A DNA stretch of 64,000 nucleotides from Eledone cirrhosa (GCA_964016885.1 OZ024743.1:73532001-73596000), one strand, 5' to 3'; numbered from the stretch's first letter, positions 13,501-26,108 are shown. Numbers and translations: made by a program. The notes: a model not told the origin generated them from the sequence alone.

Positions 13501-13954
13501 ACACGGGTGCCCGGGTAGGGACCCCTCGAAGAAGATCTGTCCAAGATGCGTTCGTGACGAGGAAACCGTCGCACACGCATTCGTACACTGCCCGGGCGGT
13601 GCTGACCTGTGGGGCTATGTAGAACGACTACTGTCGCGGGTGGGACCAATCCGGTTGACCACCAAGAACATTGTCACGATCAAACCGCCTCCCCCTTTCA
13701 AAAACGAAGGAGAGGCGGTTTTCCTCTGTGTGATAGCCATGGCGAAAGAAGTTGTATGGTGGACAAGGTTGAAAGGGCTGAGGTCAGACACCTTTCTCTC
13801 CGGCCAACAACTGGTCCTTTTTTTCAAGTACCACTTTAGAAGAAGGATCAGAATGGAGAGAGGGGTGCTCTACCCCAGCAAGTTTTATGAAAGATGGGTG
13901 AAAGTAGCGAGAATGGTCCGAGTGAATGGGCCTTCTCTCTATATCAGCCTGTAG
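10543..13954 (+). pseudogene. Tx1 ORF2 (APE endonuclease, reverse transcriptase, zinc-binding tail), frameshifted
   Basis: NARGL, ICES, YAP, GDWN, SDH; KSPGLDGLPYE, RPITLLN, LDQSKAFDRV, RQGCPLS, YADD; CPRC..ETVAHAFVHC. Confidence 0.93.
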
Positions 13955-14866
13955 GTAAGAGAGGAGAAGAATGAGAAGAGGAAGGAAGCACCCGCTCTTT
14001 GTGCTCCTGAAGAGGAGGGTTGCACATTTTTTCGGAGGTGTGTGCGACCCATGTCAACGCCCCTCCCTATTGAGGACATCGATTGTTAAATTTAATTTGT
14101 TATATGTTTTTTACACGTCTTTTTAAATGTATGTAAACTCCCCCCTTTGTATTTGTCCCAATCTTTGATGCCCTGGTGGCAAATAAATAGAAATATATAT
14201 CAACAACCACTAAACTCTCCCCCTCTCTATGTCTACATCTATCTCCCCCATCTGTCTCTACATAACATGTACATAAATTGTAGCGATATACAAATAGATG
14301 TGTTTTTCGTAGTTTGGGGAGAAAATATAATTATTGGACCAGTTTCCCCCCTCTCTCTCGCCAGTTCCACCACCCCTGGATAAAGATTGAAGCGAATTGT
14401 TTGATCATAAATGTGAGTATTTTTTTTTAAATTTTAGTTAACTGTATAACATCTGACTGTACTGCTCTTAGTTAAAGTTAAATGTCTTGGCATGTTAGAA
14501 GATCGATATAAGACACTTGTAATATATGAAAACTTTGATTTACTGTGCAGTAATATATCATCGGAGATGTCTATTGGTCACACTTTATGTCAGACATCAC
14601 CTCTTCACTCTCTCGTCTAGATCACTGACACAAACACGACACTAAAAGTAGTAAGGAATAGTAGGAAGGGTAGAGGTCTTGTTAAAGTTACTACTCGAAA
14701 TCTTAGTAAGAGGTGTACAACAACCGACTCAATTGCGTGAGCTTAGTACTTGAGGGTGTATCACATGATTTGGTATATATTGTCATAGATTCATGTTCCA
14801 CTTCAGATATTGAGCCGTGTTCTTGGGTTAAACAGACGGACATACTGGCAGGAATCGTTAGTTAAC

Positions 14867-15275
14867 TTGTGATGTTGCTGTTCCACTCATGTTTTCTATT
14901 TAATTTAAACATAAATGAACTCCAACTCCAACCAAAATTAAATAGAAAACATGAGTGGAACAGCAACATCACAACTTACAATTAAGGACAAAATGAAAAC
15001 ACACACGCACATAGAACAATCAACCAACCAGTAACATGTAAATAAACAAATAAATAAACGAATATAAACACACACAGACACCCGGATGTAACACATGCGC
15101 AAACTAAGCACACAACACACACACAAAAACAAGATGGCGTAGGACAGAACAAAGGAGAGGCACAAAAAATAAGAAAGAATCCCCAGTCACTGAAGAGGTC
15201 ACAGAATGTGTGACGAAAGAACTTTGACAATATATAAACAACCATCTGGTTGTGGAACCAACCAACCAACCAACA
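14867..15275 (+). mobile_element. Family Y element: 40 bp inverted repeat at the 5' end (14867-14906/14935-14974) followed by an HHR-bearing body
   Basis: ttgtgatgttgctgttccactcatg and its reverse complement; related pieces at 27625-27765, 58295-58500 and 60180-60590. Confidence 0.65.
15186..15228 (+). ncRNA. Type I hammerhead ribozyme motif (family Y)
   Basis: GTCA-CTGAAGA-g-GTCAC-agaatgt-GTGAC-GAAA-gaacT-T-TGAC: stems I and II pair, CUU site; degenerate copy at 60427-60469. Confidence 0.75.
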
Positions 15276-15282
15276 TACATAT

Positions 15283-15607
15283 ATGCACGCATCAGTTTAG
15301 CCGACGTTTATTATCACTCAATATGCAAATTAGGCTGCTCAGCCGTTAATTTTCATAAGGAAAGTATATACTTTCGAACGTTCAACTATCTGGCAGATGG
15401 GTAAACGGTGCTGATGATAGCTAACAAGCTTGAAACTAGTACATCGTTCCTGTGTCAGTGTTGAACAAAAAGGTGACGTGGTTGCCTTAACACCGTATGG
15501 CATAAATTCAGGCTGTTCGGTTTGTTGACAAACAAACGAACAAAGCTGCGTTATAATAAACGTCGGCTAAACTGATGCGTGCATATATGTATGTGTACCT
15601 GTGTGCA

Positions 15608-15671
<64 letters not shown>

Positions 15672-15725
15672 TACTACTGTACGTCTGTATACATATATGT
15701 ATGTACGTATACATACATACTTACA
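15283..15725 (+). mobile_element. Family Z HHR element (permuted copy with short 5' inversion)
   Basis: Matches 61770-62100; tgcacgcatcagtttagccgacgtttattat is inverted at about 15552-15582. Confidence 0.8.
15404..15448 (+). ncRNA. Minimal Type I hammerhead ribozyme (PLE/retrozyme type)
   Basis: AACGGTG-CTGATGA-tAGCTaacaAGCTt-GAAA-CTAGT-A-CATCGTT: 7 bp stem I, palindromic ACTAGT stem III, GUA site. Confidence 0.85.
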
Positions 15726-15727
15726 CA

Positions 15728-15761
<34 letters not shown>

Positions 15762-15931
15762 GGGGGGGTTCAAAATAAAGTTTAAATGATATGCAAATAA
15801 ATTTATGATTCTTTAAGAAAAATGTAAAATCTGCGACACTGAAGAACAACAGAGAACATATAAACAGTTGGATGTTGAGGACATTTCAAAATATATTTTT
15901 GATATTAGGATACAGAGGGGTGTATGTATCG

Positions 15932-17590
15932 CCACTACCATCACTACCATCACTACCACCACTACCACCACTACCAAAACTACTACCACCAATAGCATCA
16001 CTACCAACACTACCACCATCACTACCACCACTACCATCACTACCAACACTACCACCACCACTACCAACACTACCACCACCACTACCACCACTAGCATCAC
16101 TACCAACACTACCACCATCACTACCACCACTACCATCACTACCAACACTACCAAAACTACTACCAACAATACCATCACTACCAACACTACCAAAATTACT
16201 ACCACCAATACTATCACTACCAACACTACCACCATCACTACCACCACTACCAACACTACCAAAACTACTACCACCAATACCATCACTACCAACACTACCA
16301 AAACTACTACCACCAATACCGTCACTACCAACACTACCAATACCATCACTACCAACACTACCACCGCCACTACCACCACTACCATCACTACCAACACTAC
16401 CACCACCACTACCACCACTACCATCACTACCAACACTACCACCACCACTACCACCACTACCAACACTACCACCACCACTACCACCAATACCATCACTACC
16501 AACACTACCACCATCACTACCACCCTACCATCACTACCATCACTACCAACACCACCATCGCCACCATCACCCCATCACCACCATCACCACCATCACCCCA
16601 TCACCACCATCACCACCGTCACTACAACCGTCACCACCAACACCACCAGCAACAGCACCACAACCACTACCATTACCACAACCAACACCATCAACACCAG
16701 TACCACCACCACCACAACCGTCACCACCACCACCACAACCGTCACCACCACCACCACCACCACTACCACCACCACCATCAACACCATCACCACCACAATC
16801 ATCACCAACACCACCACCACCATCACCACCACCACCACCACCAACACCATCAACACCATCACCCCCACCATCATCATCAACACCACCACCATCATCACCA
16901 CCACCACCACCATCATCACCATCACCACCACCATCATCACCACCACCATCACCACCACCATCACCATCACCACCATCACCGCCACCACCAACATCACCTT
17001 CACTACCACCATCATCACCACCACCACCAACACCACCACCATCACCACCACCATCAACGCCCCCACCACCATCACCATCACCACCACAACCACCACCATC
17101 ATCACCATCACCACCAATATCAGCACCACCACCACCACCTACACCACCACCATTATCACCATCACCACCACCATCATCACCACCACCAACACCGCCACCA
17201 TCACCACAACCACCACCATCACCATCTCTACCAGCACCACCAGTACCACCACCACCACCAACAACAACACCACCACCACCACCATCACCACCACCACCAT
17301 CATCACCACCATCACCATCATCATCACCACCACCATCATCACCACCACCACCACAACCCACCACCATCAGCACCACCATCATCACCACCAGCTTCATCAC
17401 CATCACCACCACCATCATCACCATCATCACCACCACCACCCCACCATCACCATCATCACCATCATCACCATCACCACCACCACCACCATCACCACCACTA
17501 CTACCACCATCACCACCACCATCATCACCATCACCACCACCACCATCACCATCACCACCACTAACACCACCAACACTACCACCACCACCG
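15932..17590. repeat. Degenerate trinucleotide array (ACC/ACT/ATC/AAC)n
   Basis: Pure low-complexity triplets; long poly-T/P/H/V/G ORFs in several frames on both strands. Confidence 0.9.
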
Positions 17591-17649
17591 TCATACTCTA
17601 CCGCTTTTCATGTGAGGACGGTATCAGAGATCAAAAGGGTCGTCTGCGC

Positions 17650-17930
17650 TCCTCCCCCACACCGCCATCACTACATTCAACTGCCCTCCTCCCCCACGCT
17701 GCCATCACTACAGTCAACTGTTACCCTCCCTCACGCCGCCATCACTACATTCAACTGCCCTTCTCCCCCACGCTGCCATCACTATAGTCAACAGTTACCC
17801 TCCTCCACGTCGCCATCGCTATCAACTGCCCTCCTCCCCCACGCCGCCATCACTAGAGTCAAATGTTACCCTCTCCCACACCGCCATCACTACAGTCAAC
17901 TTCCCCCATCCCCACGCCGCCATCACTGTT
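17650..17930. repeat. Minisatellite of about 37-40 bp
   Basis: Repeated ccccacgccgccatcactacagtcaactg units. Confidence 0.75.
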
Positions 17931-18006
17931 TTATTGGTAGGTTACACTGATTTACTATCCGTCATGCCGGACGTTCCTTCATCACTAGCAACATAACTGA
18001 CCAATA

Positions 18007-18048
<42 letters not shown>

Positions 18049-18245
18049 CACTACTACAACTGCTGCCACTACTACTACTACCACTACTACTACTGCTACT
18101 ACTACTACTAATACTAATTCTACTACTACTACTACTACTACTTCCATTAAAAGGCTCTGGACGTCGTCAAGCCTCACCAGGTGCATGATACTAGTAGTGA
18201 ACTGTTCAAATATGGTGGCCAACAGATAGATGACACGTCAGACTG

Positions 18246-18292
<47 letters not shown>

Positions 18293-18447
18293 AATACATA
18301 TATGTTTGATGACCTGTCTTCACAATAATCTGGAATCGGTGGACCATCCCCGAATCAACATCGGTCCTCTATTTTCTATTTTCTATTTTCTATTCTCTGT
18401 TTGTCTTCGCCAAAATTCTGTTCTCTTATATAACACATTCTGCAATT

Positions 18448-18523
18448 AACACCTGATGAAATCGCTTGGGTCTTGAATCACATTTGGATGATTAAAGTGA
18501 GCCATTGAAATAATCATAGTGTT
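18448..18523 (+). ncRNA. Type I hammerhead-like motif with extended stem II
   Basis: AACAC-CTGATGA-AAT..(ttgaatca/tgattaaa)..ATT-GAAA-taatcaT-A-GTGTT. Confidence 0.6.
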
Positions 18524-18766
18524 TTGAGGGAATTAAAATGTTTTGGGGGAATTAAAATGTTTTGGCGGAATTAAAATTTTACAAAACGTTTTTTTTTTCC
18601 ATTTCAGATAGACGCGCTCCCATCATCCACTTTTCTAAAAAATAAATCATACACAAAACGCCAGCACCAACAGTTTTGCAAGAGATGTCAACTGTTATTT
18701 TTATCTTAAGACTGTTTTCCAATTCCAACCTGCCCGTCCCCTCAATCTATCTTATTTCTCATTTTT

Positions 18767-18802
18767 TCTTCTGATGAAGGACTAGCGTCCGAAACGTTAA
18801 GA
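18767..18802 (+). ncRNA. Minimal Type I hammerhead ribozyme (family S)
   Basis: TCTT-CTGATGA-a-GGAC-tagc-GTCC-GAAA-CGT-T-AAGA; palindromic ACGT stem III. Confidence 0.8.
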
Positions 18803-18952
18803 CCATCATCTTGCTATATAAAAGGTTAACCTAATATATCCCTTCCATATACTGTACCTATTGTGTTGTTATTTCTGTTTACCTTTTACATACATACACA
18901 CACACACTCACACAGACACACACACACAGACACACTCACACACACACACATA

Positions 18953-19029
<77 letters not shown>

Positions 19030-19039
19030 CATATAAAAT

Positions 19040-19715
19040 AAAAAAATGATCGCTCTACATGGCTGAATATAATAAATGTAATCTGAGTTTTTCGAATGTT
19101 ATTAATTGTTTCTACTTTTGGCACAAGGCCACCAATTATTCCAGTGTATTACTGGTACTTTATTTTATCGACCCCGTAAGCATGAAAGGCAAAGTTAACC
19201 TCGGCGGAATTTGAACTCAGATATTAATAATAATATTCAAATCGTTTGCAATTATGCAAACACCCTCTTTTTTAAAGCCATGTCGGTAGAATGAACCCCT
19301 CGTTCTTGCTCTTATGTTGGCATGTAAATAGAACTACAGCCACTAATGTTTCTGGGAATTACCCTTCATCAGTGCAGTTCACCTTAGTATCTGCAGTTCT
19401 TTTTACATGCCAACACAGGAGCAAGAATGAGGGGCTCATTCTACTGACATGGCTTTAAAAAGGAGGATGTTTGCATAATTGCAAACGAATTAAATATTAT
19501 TATTAATATTCGCGTGGTGGATTGGCAGTATCGGTAGAGAGTCGGACGACATGCTTTGCAGCATAGAATTACGTCCCTTTAAGGTCTGAGTTCAAATCCC
19601 GCCGAGGTTAACTTTGCCTTTCATCCTTACAAGGTCAATAAAATAAGGTACCAGTAATGCATTGGGGGATTGCTGACATTGTGCCGGAAGTAGAAACAAT
19701 TATTAATATTCGAAA
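19040..19715. mobile_element. Fold-back element with HHR-like core (about 19340-19375, minus) and two inverted SINE copies (19107-19221 minus, 19511-19700 plus)
   Basis: Inner arms about 19225-19340/19390-19510; outer tttcgaatgttattaattgtttctac versus gtagaaacaattattaatattcgaaa. Confidence 0.7.
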
Positions 19716-19884
19716 TACCCATATATATATATATATATAAACGGAAAAAATGAAACGAAAATATACGAGAATCGTATTTTCGGCGGGCAGGAAAAGCGAA
19801 GCGAAACGCAAAAATCAGAAATGATATAGGCAAAGTGCTCAATAGTTAAAAACCAGAGCTAAACAATGTGTGTGTGTGTGTGTG

Positions 19885-20090
19885 TAAAAGGTAAACAGAA
19901 ATAACACAATCGGTACAGTATATGGAAGGTATATATTAGGTTAACGCTTAATATAGCAGGAAGAGGGTCTTAAGGTTTCGGACGCTAGTCTTTCATCAGA
20001 AGAAAGAATGAGAAATAAAATAGATTAATGGGTCGGGCGGGATGCATTTGGAAAAAATGTGTTTAGATAAAAATAATAGGTCCATTCATG
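19885..20090 (-). mobile_element. Family S pLTR-like fragment with HHR (19968-20003)
   Basis: Reverse complement of 18685-18890. Confidence 0.7.
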
Positions 20091-20141
<51 letters not shown>

Positions 20142-20144
<3 letters not shown>

Positions 20145-21358
20145 CATATCTCGCTCGCTTCATCCTATTTTACGTGTCCCAATAACTTTCTTTAGTTATT
20201 GCTCGCACCAAGCAGTGGAATATGATTTTTAATGCGCATTCTGATTCATTCTAAAGGCTACCAGTGGAAGCAACCGTAACACCCTCCTTCAAATGTCAGA
20301 GAACGCAGTCAAAGTCACTATTAAGGGCTACAAGTGAACGCTCACAGGCCCTTTTTAGGGCTACCACTTGAAATTGTTGATGGTTACCCCTCCTTACTGG
20401 GGTGTCAGTGAACGGCTTACACGGCCCTTTTAAGGGCCCTTGAAATAGATGATGGCGACCCTTTCGTTTAGGGCTGCCAGTGAACGCGCACACGCCTCGG
20501 CGCCATTTTATTGTACCATTCCTCTTTAAATTTGTTAAATTATACCAACAGTTTGGTAAACGTTTGTCCAGTTGCGTTTACTTACTAAGGTGCGGTGGAC
20601 TCCTTCGAGAAGGCTCCACATGCTGTCCGCTTGCACGTCATGCCTTGCTCAAGCATTGCAGACTTCCCTCTGACATAAGTGGTGACATCTCTCCTGCTGA
20701 CTCATGCCACTTTATTAAAGTACAAAAGCACCAAGCCGATTTTCTCCACGTGAAATTGCATCAGAGTATTCGGTTTATTTTCTTTTGTCCAGGCATGCAG
20801 TTTTTCCACGATTAGGTCTGTTGGCGGCCCGCGTTATGTTTCAGGGAATGTTATGCACATAAAAAATTCAACTTTTTGATTCCCTAGGGCCCGCATTAAG
20901 TGAAAAACTGCGTTTTTTCAGGTTATAGGGATTTTTTGAGGCGTTACGTCAGACTAATTTCCGTGAAATTGTAACTATGTATTAGTCAGTCTCTTCTTCA
21001 TACCGTGAGCAAAGAAAATCCAACTTTTTTATGGCCTAGGGCCCGCATTAGGTGAAAAACTTCATTTTTTCAGCTTTTTATGGCTCTTTCTAGGCGTTAC
21101 GTCTAGCCGATTTTCCGGAAATTTCAAGGCATATTATGCACATAAATTCATTTTCTTGATGCCCTAGAGCCCGCACTAGGTGAAAACCTGCATTTTTCCT
21201 GCTTCATCGAGGAAAATCTTAAAGATTATCCAGCCATCAGAGTACTCGGTTTATTTTCTTTACATATTGTCGAGGCATGCAGTTTTTCCACGATTAGGTT
21301 TGTTGGCGGCTCGCGTTACAAAATACCTTATCCGTGCAACGCCGGGTACCACTGCTAG
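20142..21358 (+). mobile_element. Non-autonomous Helitron-like element (5' boundary uncertain)
   Basis: 3' GC hairpin ccgtgcaacgccgg then CTAG followed by T; internal repeats ctagggcccgcatta (3 copies). Confidence 0.65.
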
Positions 21359-21362
21359 TATA

Positions 21363-21945
21363 TAATAAATGTAATCTGAGTTTTTCGAATATTATTAATA
21401 ATAGTCGATTCGTTTTCAATTATGCAAACAGCCTCCTTAAACCAGAACTGCAGACACTAATGTTTCTGGGTGATCACCCTTCATCAGTACAGTATACTGC
21501 TTACCTGCCAACTGTCAGAGCTAGTGAAAATATATGATATTTTCTAAAATATACGTTGACTGATCGGCCTGATTTGCATATTAGCATAATCGCTCGTATA
21601 CATGAAACTGACTGGCCTATCTGCTGATATGCAAATCTGGCTGATCAGTGGGTCTGCTAATATGCAGATCTGACTGATCAGGCAGTCTGCTAATAGAAAA
21701 ATCAGGCCGTATATTTTTAGAAAATATATATTTTGACTAGCTCTGATAGCTGGCAGGTAAGCAGTATACTGTACTGATGAAGGGTAATTACCTAGAAACA
21801 TTAGTGTCTGCAGCTCCGTTTACATGTCAACGCAAGAGCAAGAATGACTGGGTCATTCTACTGACATGACTTAGAAAGGCTGTTTGCATAACGAATCAAA
21901 TATTATTACATTTATTGTATTCAGCCATATAGACCGATAAACTAT
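21363..21945. mobile_element. Fold-back element with two inverted HHR-like cores (21454-21490 minus, 21771-21807 plus)
   Basis: CTGATGA-aGGGTgatcACCCa-GAAA-CATT in both arms; same family as 19040-19715. Confidence 0.7.
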
Positions 21946-21948
21946 TTG

Positions 21949-22035
<87 letters not shown>

Positions 22036-22038
<3 letters not shown>

Positions 22039-22837
22039 AAAAGGTAACACACTAGAGAGAGACAGTGCGCCATCAATAAAACAGGGAAAAACCACCAGTG
22101 TATGGAATCTATTACCTATGAAAGGCAGAGTAGACACACGATAATTAAAAATATAAATTAAAGTGTAAATACATACCTCTATAACTATATAACACACGTA
22201 CAAATCCAAAGAGATCTGTTTCGCCAGGAAGTTGTTGACAGAAATGAAATAGCCCATGGTTCATCAGCGTGTGTAAGGCCATACATTTCAGACAACTCTA
22301 AGAGAATTTAAAGCGACCGTCCAGCTACACGTGGGAGAGAGATGTCACAGCGTGTTTAGGGCAGTGAACCAGTGGCTTCTGAGGGACGAGCTGCTAGAAA
22401 GGGCAGGCCAAAACCACTCAGAGAAGTGTGCTCAACCAAACAGAGAGAGAGGAAAGACTGTTATAAGGAGCAAAATATCAGGATAAATTAACGGAGCCAT
22501 AGACTCTCCCTATTCCCTGTCAATAATGTACTCAAAGGAGAAGGAATCCTGATATCTTTAAAATACAATATGTTGAAAAGGTAACACACTAGAGAAAGAT
22601 AGTGCGCCATCAATAAAACAGGGAAAAACCACCATTAATTATCGTGTGTCTACGCTGCCTTTCATAGGTTATAGATTCCATACACTGGTGGTTTTTCCCT
22701 GTTTTATTGATGGCGCACTATCACTCTCTAGTGTATTACCTTTTCAACATATTGTATTTTAAAGAGCTCAGAATTCCTTCTCCTTTGAGCACATTATTGA
22801 CAGGGAATAACGAGAGTCTATGGCTCCGTTATTTTAT

Positions 22838-22840
<3 letters not shown>
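22036..22840 (-). mobile_element. ORF-less HHR element: 537 nt unit with terminal redundancy and a 5' inverted segment
   Basis: ttgaaaaggtaacacactagag at 22036 and 22573; 22634-22840 is the reverse complement across the unit junction. Confidence 0.8.
22192..22274 (-). ncRNA. Type I hammerhead ribozyme with full stem III
   Basis: ACACACG-CTGATGA-aCCA...TGGc-GAAA-CAGATC-tctttg-GATTTGT-A-CGTGTGT. Confidence 0.85.
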
Positions 22841-22889
<49 letters not shown>

Positions 22890-23651
22890 TTATTCTTCAT
22901 CGAAGGTGAAGAAGCATTCATATTTCTAATGGCTAGAATATATGCGGCTCGCTACACCTACGTACTCATAGATTTCTCCGCTAACTGGAGCAGTTGTGCC
23001 AACCTATTGTCGATCATCTGGGAAGCCACTGGTGTTCACGACACTGATGTCATCTAATTAAACTGATCATCATCGCATGAGCTACTGCTTACTTTGAAAC
23101 AAGCAGGATATTTATCGCGGCTTACTCCTCTAGATGCAACCTATTCTGCTAGTCTATCCTATGATAATCATATCAAAGGCACCTCGTGTAGGGTCTGGCT
23201 TTTCACCACACGTGTGTCAGTCTTCGAACTGAGAGAGGCTAGGTGCTCAGTTTGAATAAGCATATATTGCACGTCATCGGTTCGCTGGGTGACATAGTAA
23301 ACAGACACTGGGACACGCAGGGACGCCACAAAAGACAATGCAATGCCTACCAGTGAAATCTATTACAGTTCTTCACACTCTTAAATTAACATATACATAT
23401 TTTCAACCCCAAACCATATATACATATGTACACACTATTGTATGGCCGTTGACGCATATAAGTTCCTCCACCCTTTGTCAAGTTTTGTTTTTCATCCTGC
23501 GGGGTGTCCAAAATCACTCTCCTCACCAAGCAAACTTGGTGGGGTTGTGCGTGTATTTTGATTTTAAACAATTGTTTGAATATGTATATAATACTGTTTA
23601 ATTAAACCGGAGAAGAAACACGGCATGTAGCCAGAAAGTGTATTCTATTTT

Positions 23652-23689
23652 CACGAATGTTTCGACAGCCATAAACTCATTTTCAAGTG
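23652..23689 (-). ncRNA. Possible U3-A8 variant hammerhead
   Basis: CAC-TTGAAAA-tgagtttatggctgtc-GAAA-catT-C-GTG; stem II weak. Confidence 0.45.
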
Positions 23690-23709
23690 CTTTAAATATC
23701 CCCAAAACT

Positions 23710-24375
23710 GGGCATATCATCAGTGTTGTGCCCTGGGTCACTGGTTATTTCACATCATACAACATACATCCTCATCCAGACGAACCATCCGTTCGTGGAT
23801 CAAGCCTCAGTCAATGTCCATGTGACACACCTACTACTGACCCCTACCGGTCACTTCGCTTCAGCCATAACCATCTATGTACCCTCTATGCTGTCTCCAT
23901 GTTGTACTCGATGGCTCTCAATCTGCTTGTTCCCGTAATGTCCAGGGTTTCATGGGATCTTCTAAGGGAACCAGCTGTAAACCTTCGACTGCCAACTTCC
24001 ACTTGTATACATCTGATCCTCCACCCATATTTCCAGCAGTCATAGACACCACCTGGTACATTTCTCTTCTCCTCTCCTGTGCCGCCTCCATCCTCTCCGC
24101 ACGGGCAACAGTAAGCTCCTCTTACGATCTTCTAAGGGAACCAGCTGTAAACCTTCGACTGCCAACTTCCACTTGAATACAACTGAACCTCCGCCCAATT
24201 TTGCAGCAGTCCAAGACGCCACCTGGTACATTTCTCTCTTCCTGTCCTGTGCCGCCACCATCCTCCCCACCCGGGCAACAGTAAGCTCCTCTAAAATGAG
24301 CTGTCTTGTCACACCAGAAACCACGATGATGTCTAATTTTAACCTGAACTGAATATGTGATGAAATTTTCAACCT
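23710..24375 (-). mobile_element. 3' fragment of a Hero-like (restriction-like endonuclease) LINE with a 170 bp tandem duplication
   Basis: LDIIVVS..RQLILEELTV..RMEAAQERRREMYQ..GWRIRCIQVEVGSRRF..RWLWLKR; gatcttctaagggaacc at 23956 and 24126. Confidence 0.75.
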
Positions 24376-25088
24376 CCTTATTCCTGTCGTAATTACTTAA
24401 AATAGATGTGTTACATTTAAACTCCAACAAAATACGACAGTTTGTGTTCTGTGTTATGATGTGTGATGATTGGTAGATATTTGTCGTGTCATTTATTCAC
24501 AATATCTTCATATAAATGGTGTTGAAACGACCATTTTATTATGGTATAAAAGACATCCATTCAAATTGATTTGATGAACTAATAAAATAGAAATGAAACA
24601 GAGATAAAATAAAACATAAAATGGAGGGTGTATTTGACGGGAAAGTAAGTTTGGCTGTAAATGTTAAGCATCTTGTTTATAACTAGAATTCAAACAGATT
24701 TATATGGAGGAAATATATTGTAAATCACACACACATATATATGTATCAATGTGTTCGTGTGTGCACATAGTTAAATACATATAAAGACAGTGCAGGCTCA
24801 TTTACATAAGATTGATCATATATAATTTCTAGAAATGCACTATATACACACACACGTGTCCACATCCACATACACATACGCACATGCGCACACACACAAA
24901 CACATGGAGGGAAGTATGTTATATGTGATGATTTTTCGTATAAAATTCTAACGTTATTCAGTACTTGGGTGGTGAGGGAAGAGGGGGCAATACGTATTTA
25001 TTGGTGGTGTTTAGCCACAGGTAAACAACCGATAAACGCAATATGATAGAGACCTGAAACATATTGGTTACAAAGAGAAGGTCTAAGC

Positions 25089-25256
25089 CAGGCATGTTAA
25101 ACATGCGGTCCTTTGCAAGCACACCTGCGGCCCGCACAAAGGTTTTTACAGCGCGAACATGTTTTATCTTCGTAAAATTAGTTGTTGTGTGTGGCCCTCA
25201 GACAACACATATGTGACCTATGTGGCCCTCGGGGGACCCTCAGTTTGACAAGCCTG
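25089..25256. mobile_element. hAT (Charlie-like) MITE
   Basis: TIR caggcatgttaaac/gtttgacaagcctg; perfect 8 bp TSD gtctaagc. Confidence 0.88.
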
Positions 25257-25433
25257 GTCTAAGCCATACAGCCTTACCTACACTTTGATCGGAATTATAC
25301 TCCTTACTACAAAAAATAAACAAATGTAAACACACTTTATATGTGATCCCGTTGGTAGAAAGATATTGGGCATTTCAGATTGTTAAATACATGTTATATT
25401 GTGTATAAAATAATTAACTAACATATTAAAACT

Positions 25434-25852
25434 TACCCTCGAGTCTCAAATAATCGCCCCCCCCCCCCCCCCCCGCTTGTTAACTTTTCAGATTTTTTCC
25501 ACCACCATTCGCTCTTATTCCAGACACTCCCTCGCTTATTAAATTTTGCTACTCTATCTCCGAAAAAATGGTAGCAATCCTGTGACAATTTTCTTTATAC
25601 GTTAAAAACCATTATACATGACAAAAAAGTACATTACTAGCAATACTATACCTAATAAAATAAATAGAATGGGTTGGGGGTCACAATATGTAAACGAAAC
25701 GACTAATTCTGGTTTTTTAACAAATCAATGGAGAAAATCTAGAAAAATTATCGAAAACACACACACCATCAGCTTATTCCAACACCCCTGCTTATTCCAC
25801 CCATCCCCACTTATTCTAACCAGCACACTATGTTATATGGGACTCGAGAATA
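25434..25852. mobile_element. TIR MITE (same family as 7507)
   Basis: taccctcgagtctcaaataa...tatgggactcgagaata. Confidence 0.65.
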
Positions 25853-25941
25853 GACAAGAGTTAAACGATTATAGAATTTCACAAGACATCTCATCTCTGG
25901 TGGATTTCTTAGTAGAAATTGACCAGGACAATTCCAATAAC

Positions 25942-26108
25942 TGTGTCTACTTTTGGCAGAAGGCCAGCAACTGGTTCTTTATTTTATCCTACCCGCAAAG
26001 ATGAAAGGCAAAGCTAACCTTCGCGGGGTTTGAACACAGAACGTAAGGAGCCATAACTCTATGCTGCGAAGTATGGTGTCTGACGCTCTACTGATACTGC
26101 CAATCCAC
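25942..26108 (-). mobile_element. tRNA-derived SINE, diverged
   Basis: Homologous to 7699-7884. Confidence 0.75.

Larger units (their letters stand above)
8503..14195 (+). mobile_element. Near full-length L1/Tx1-clade non-LTR retrotransposon
   Basis: ORF1 with CCHC knuckle, ORF2 with APE-RT-Cys-rich tail, aataaa and A-rich end near 14190, imperfect 16 bp TSD. Confidence 0.88.

Noticed and set aside
11308-13827. Antisense ORFs overlapping Tx1 ORF2
   Set aside because: Expected shadow ORFs of GC-rich coding sequence, with no motifs
15868-17950. 639 and 692 aa Thr- or Pro-rich mucin/extensin-like ORFs
   Set aside because: A triplet repeat keeps several frames open on both strands; non-ATG starts and no signal peptide or domain
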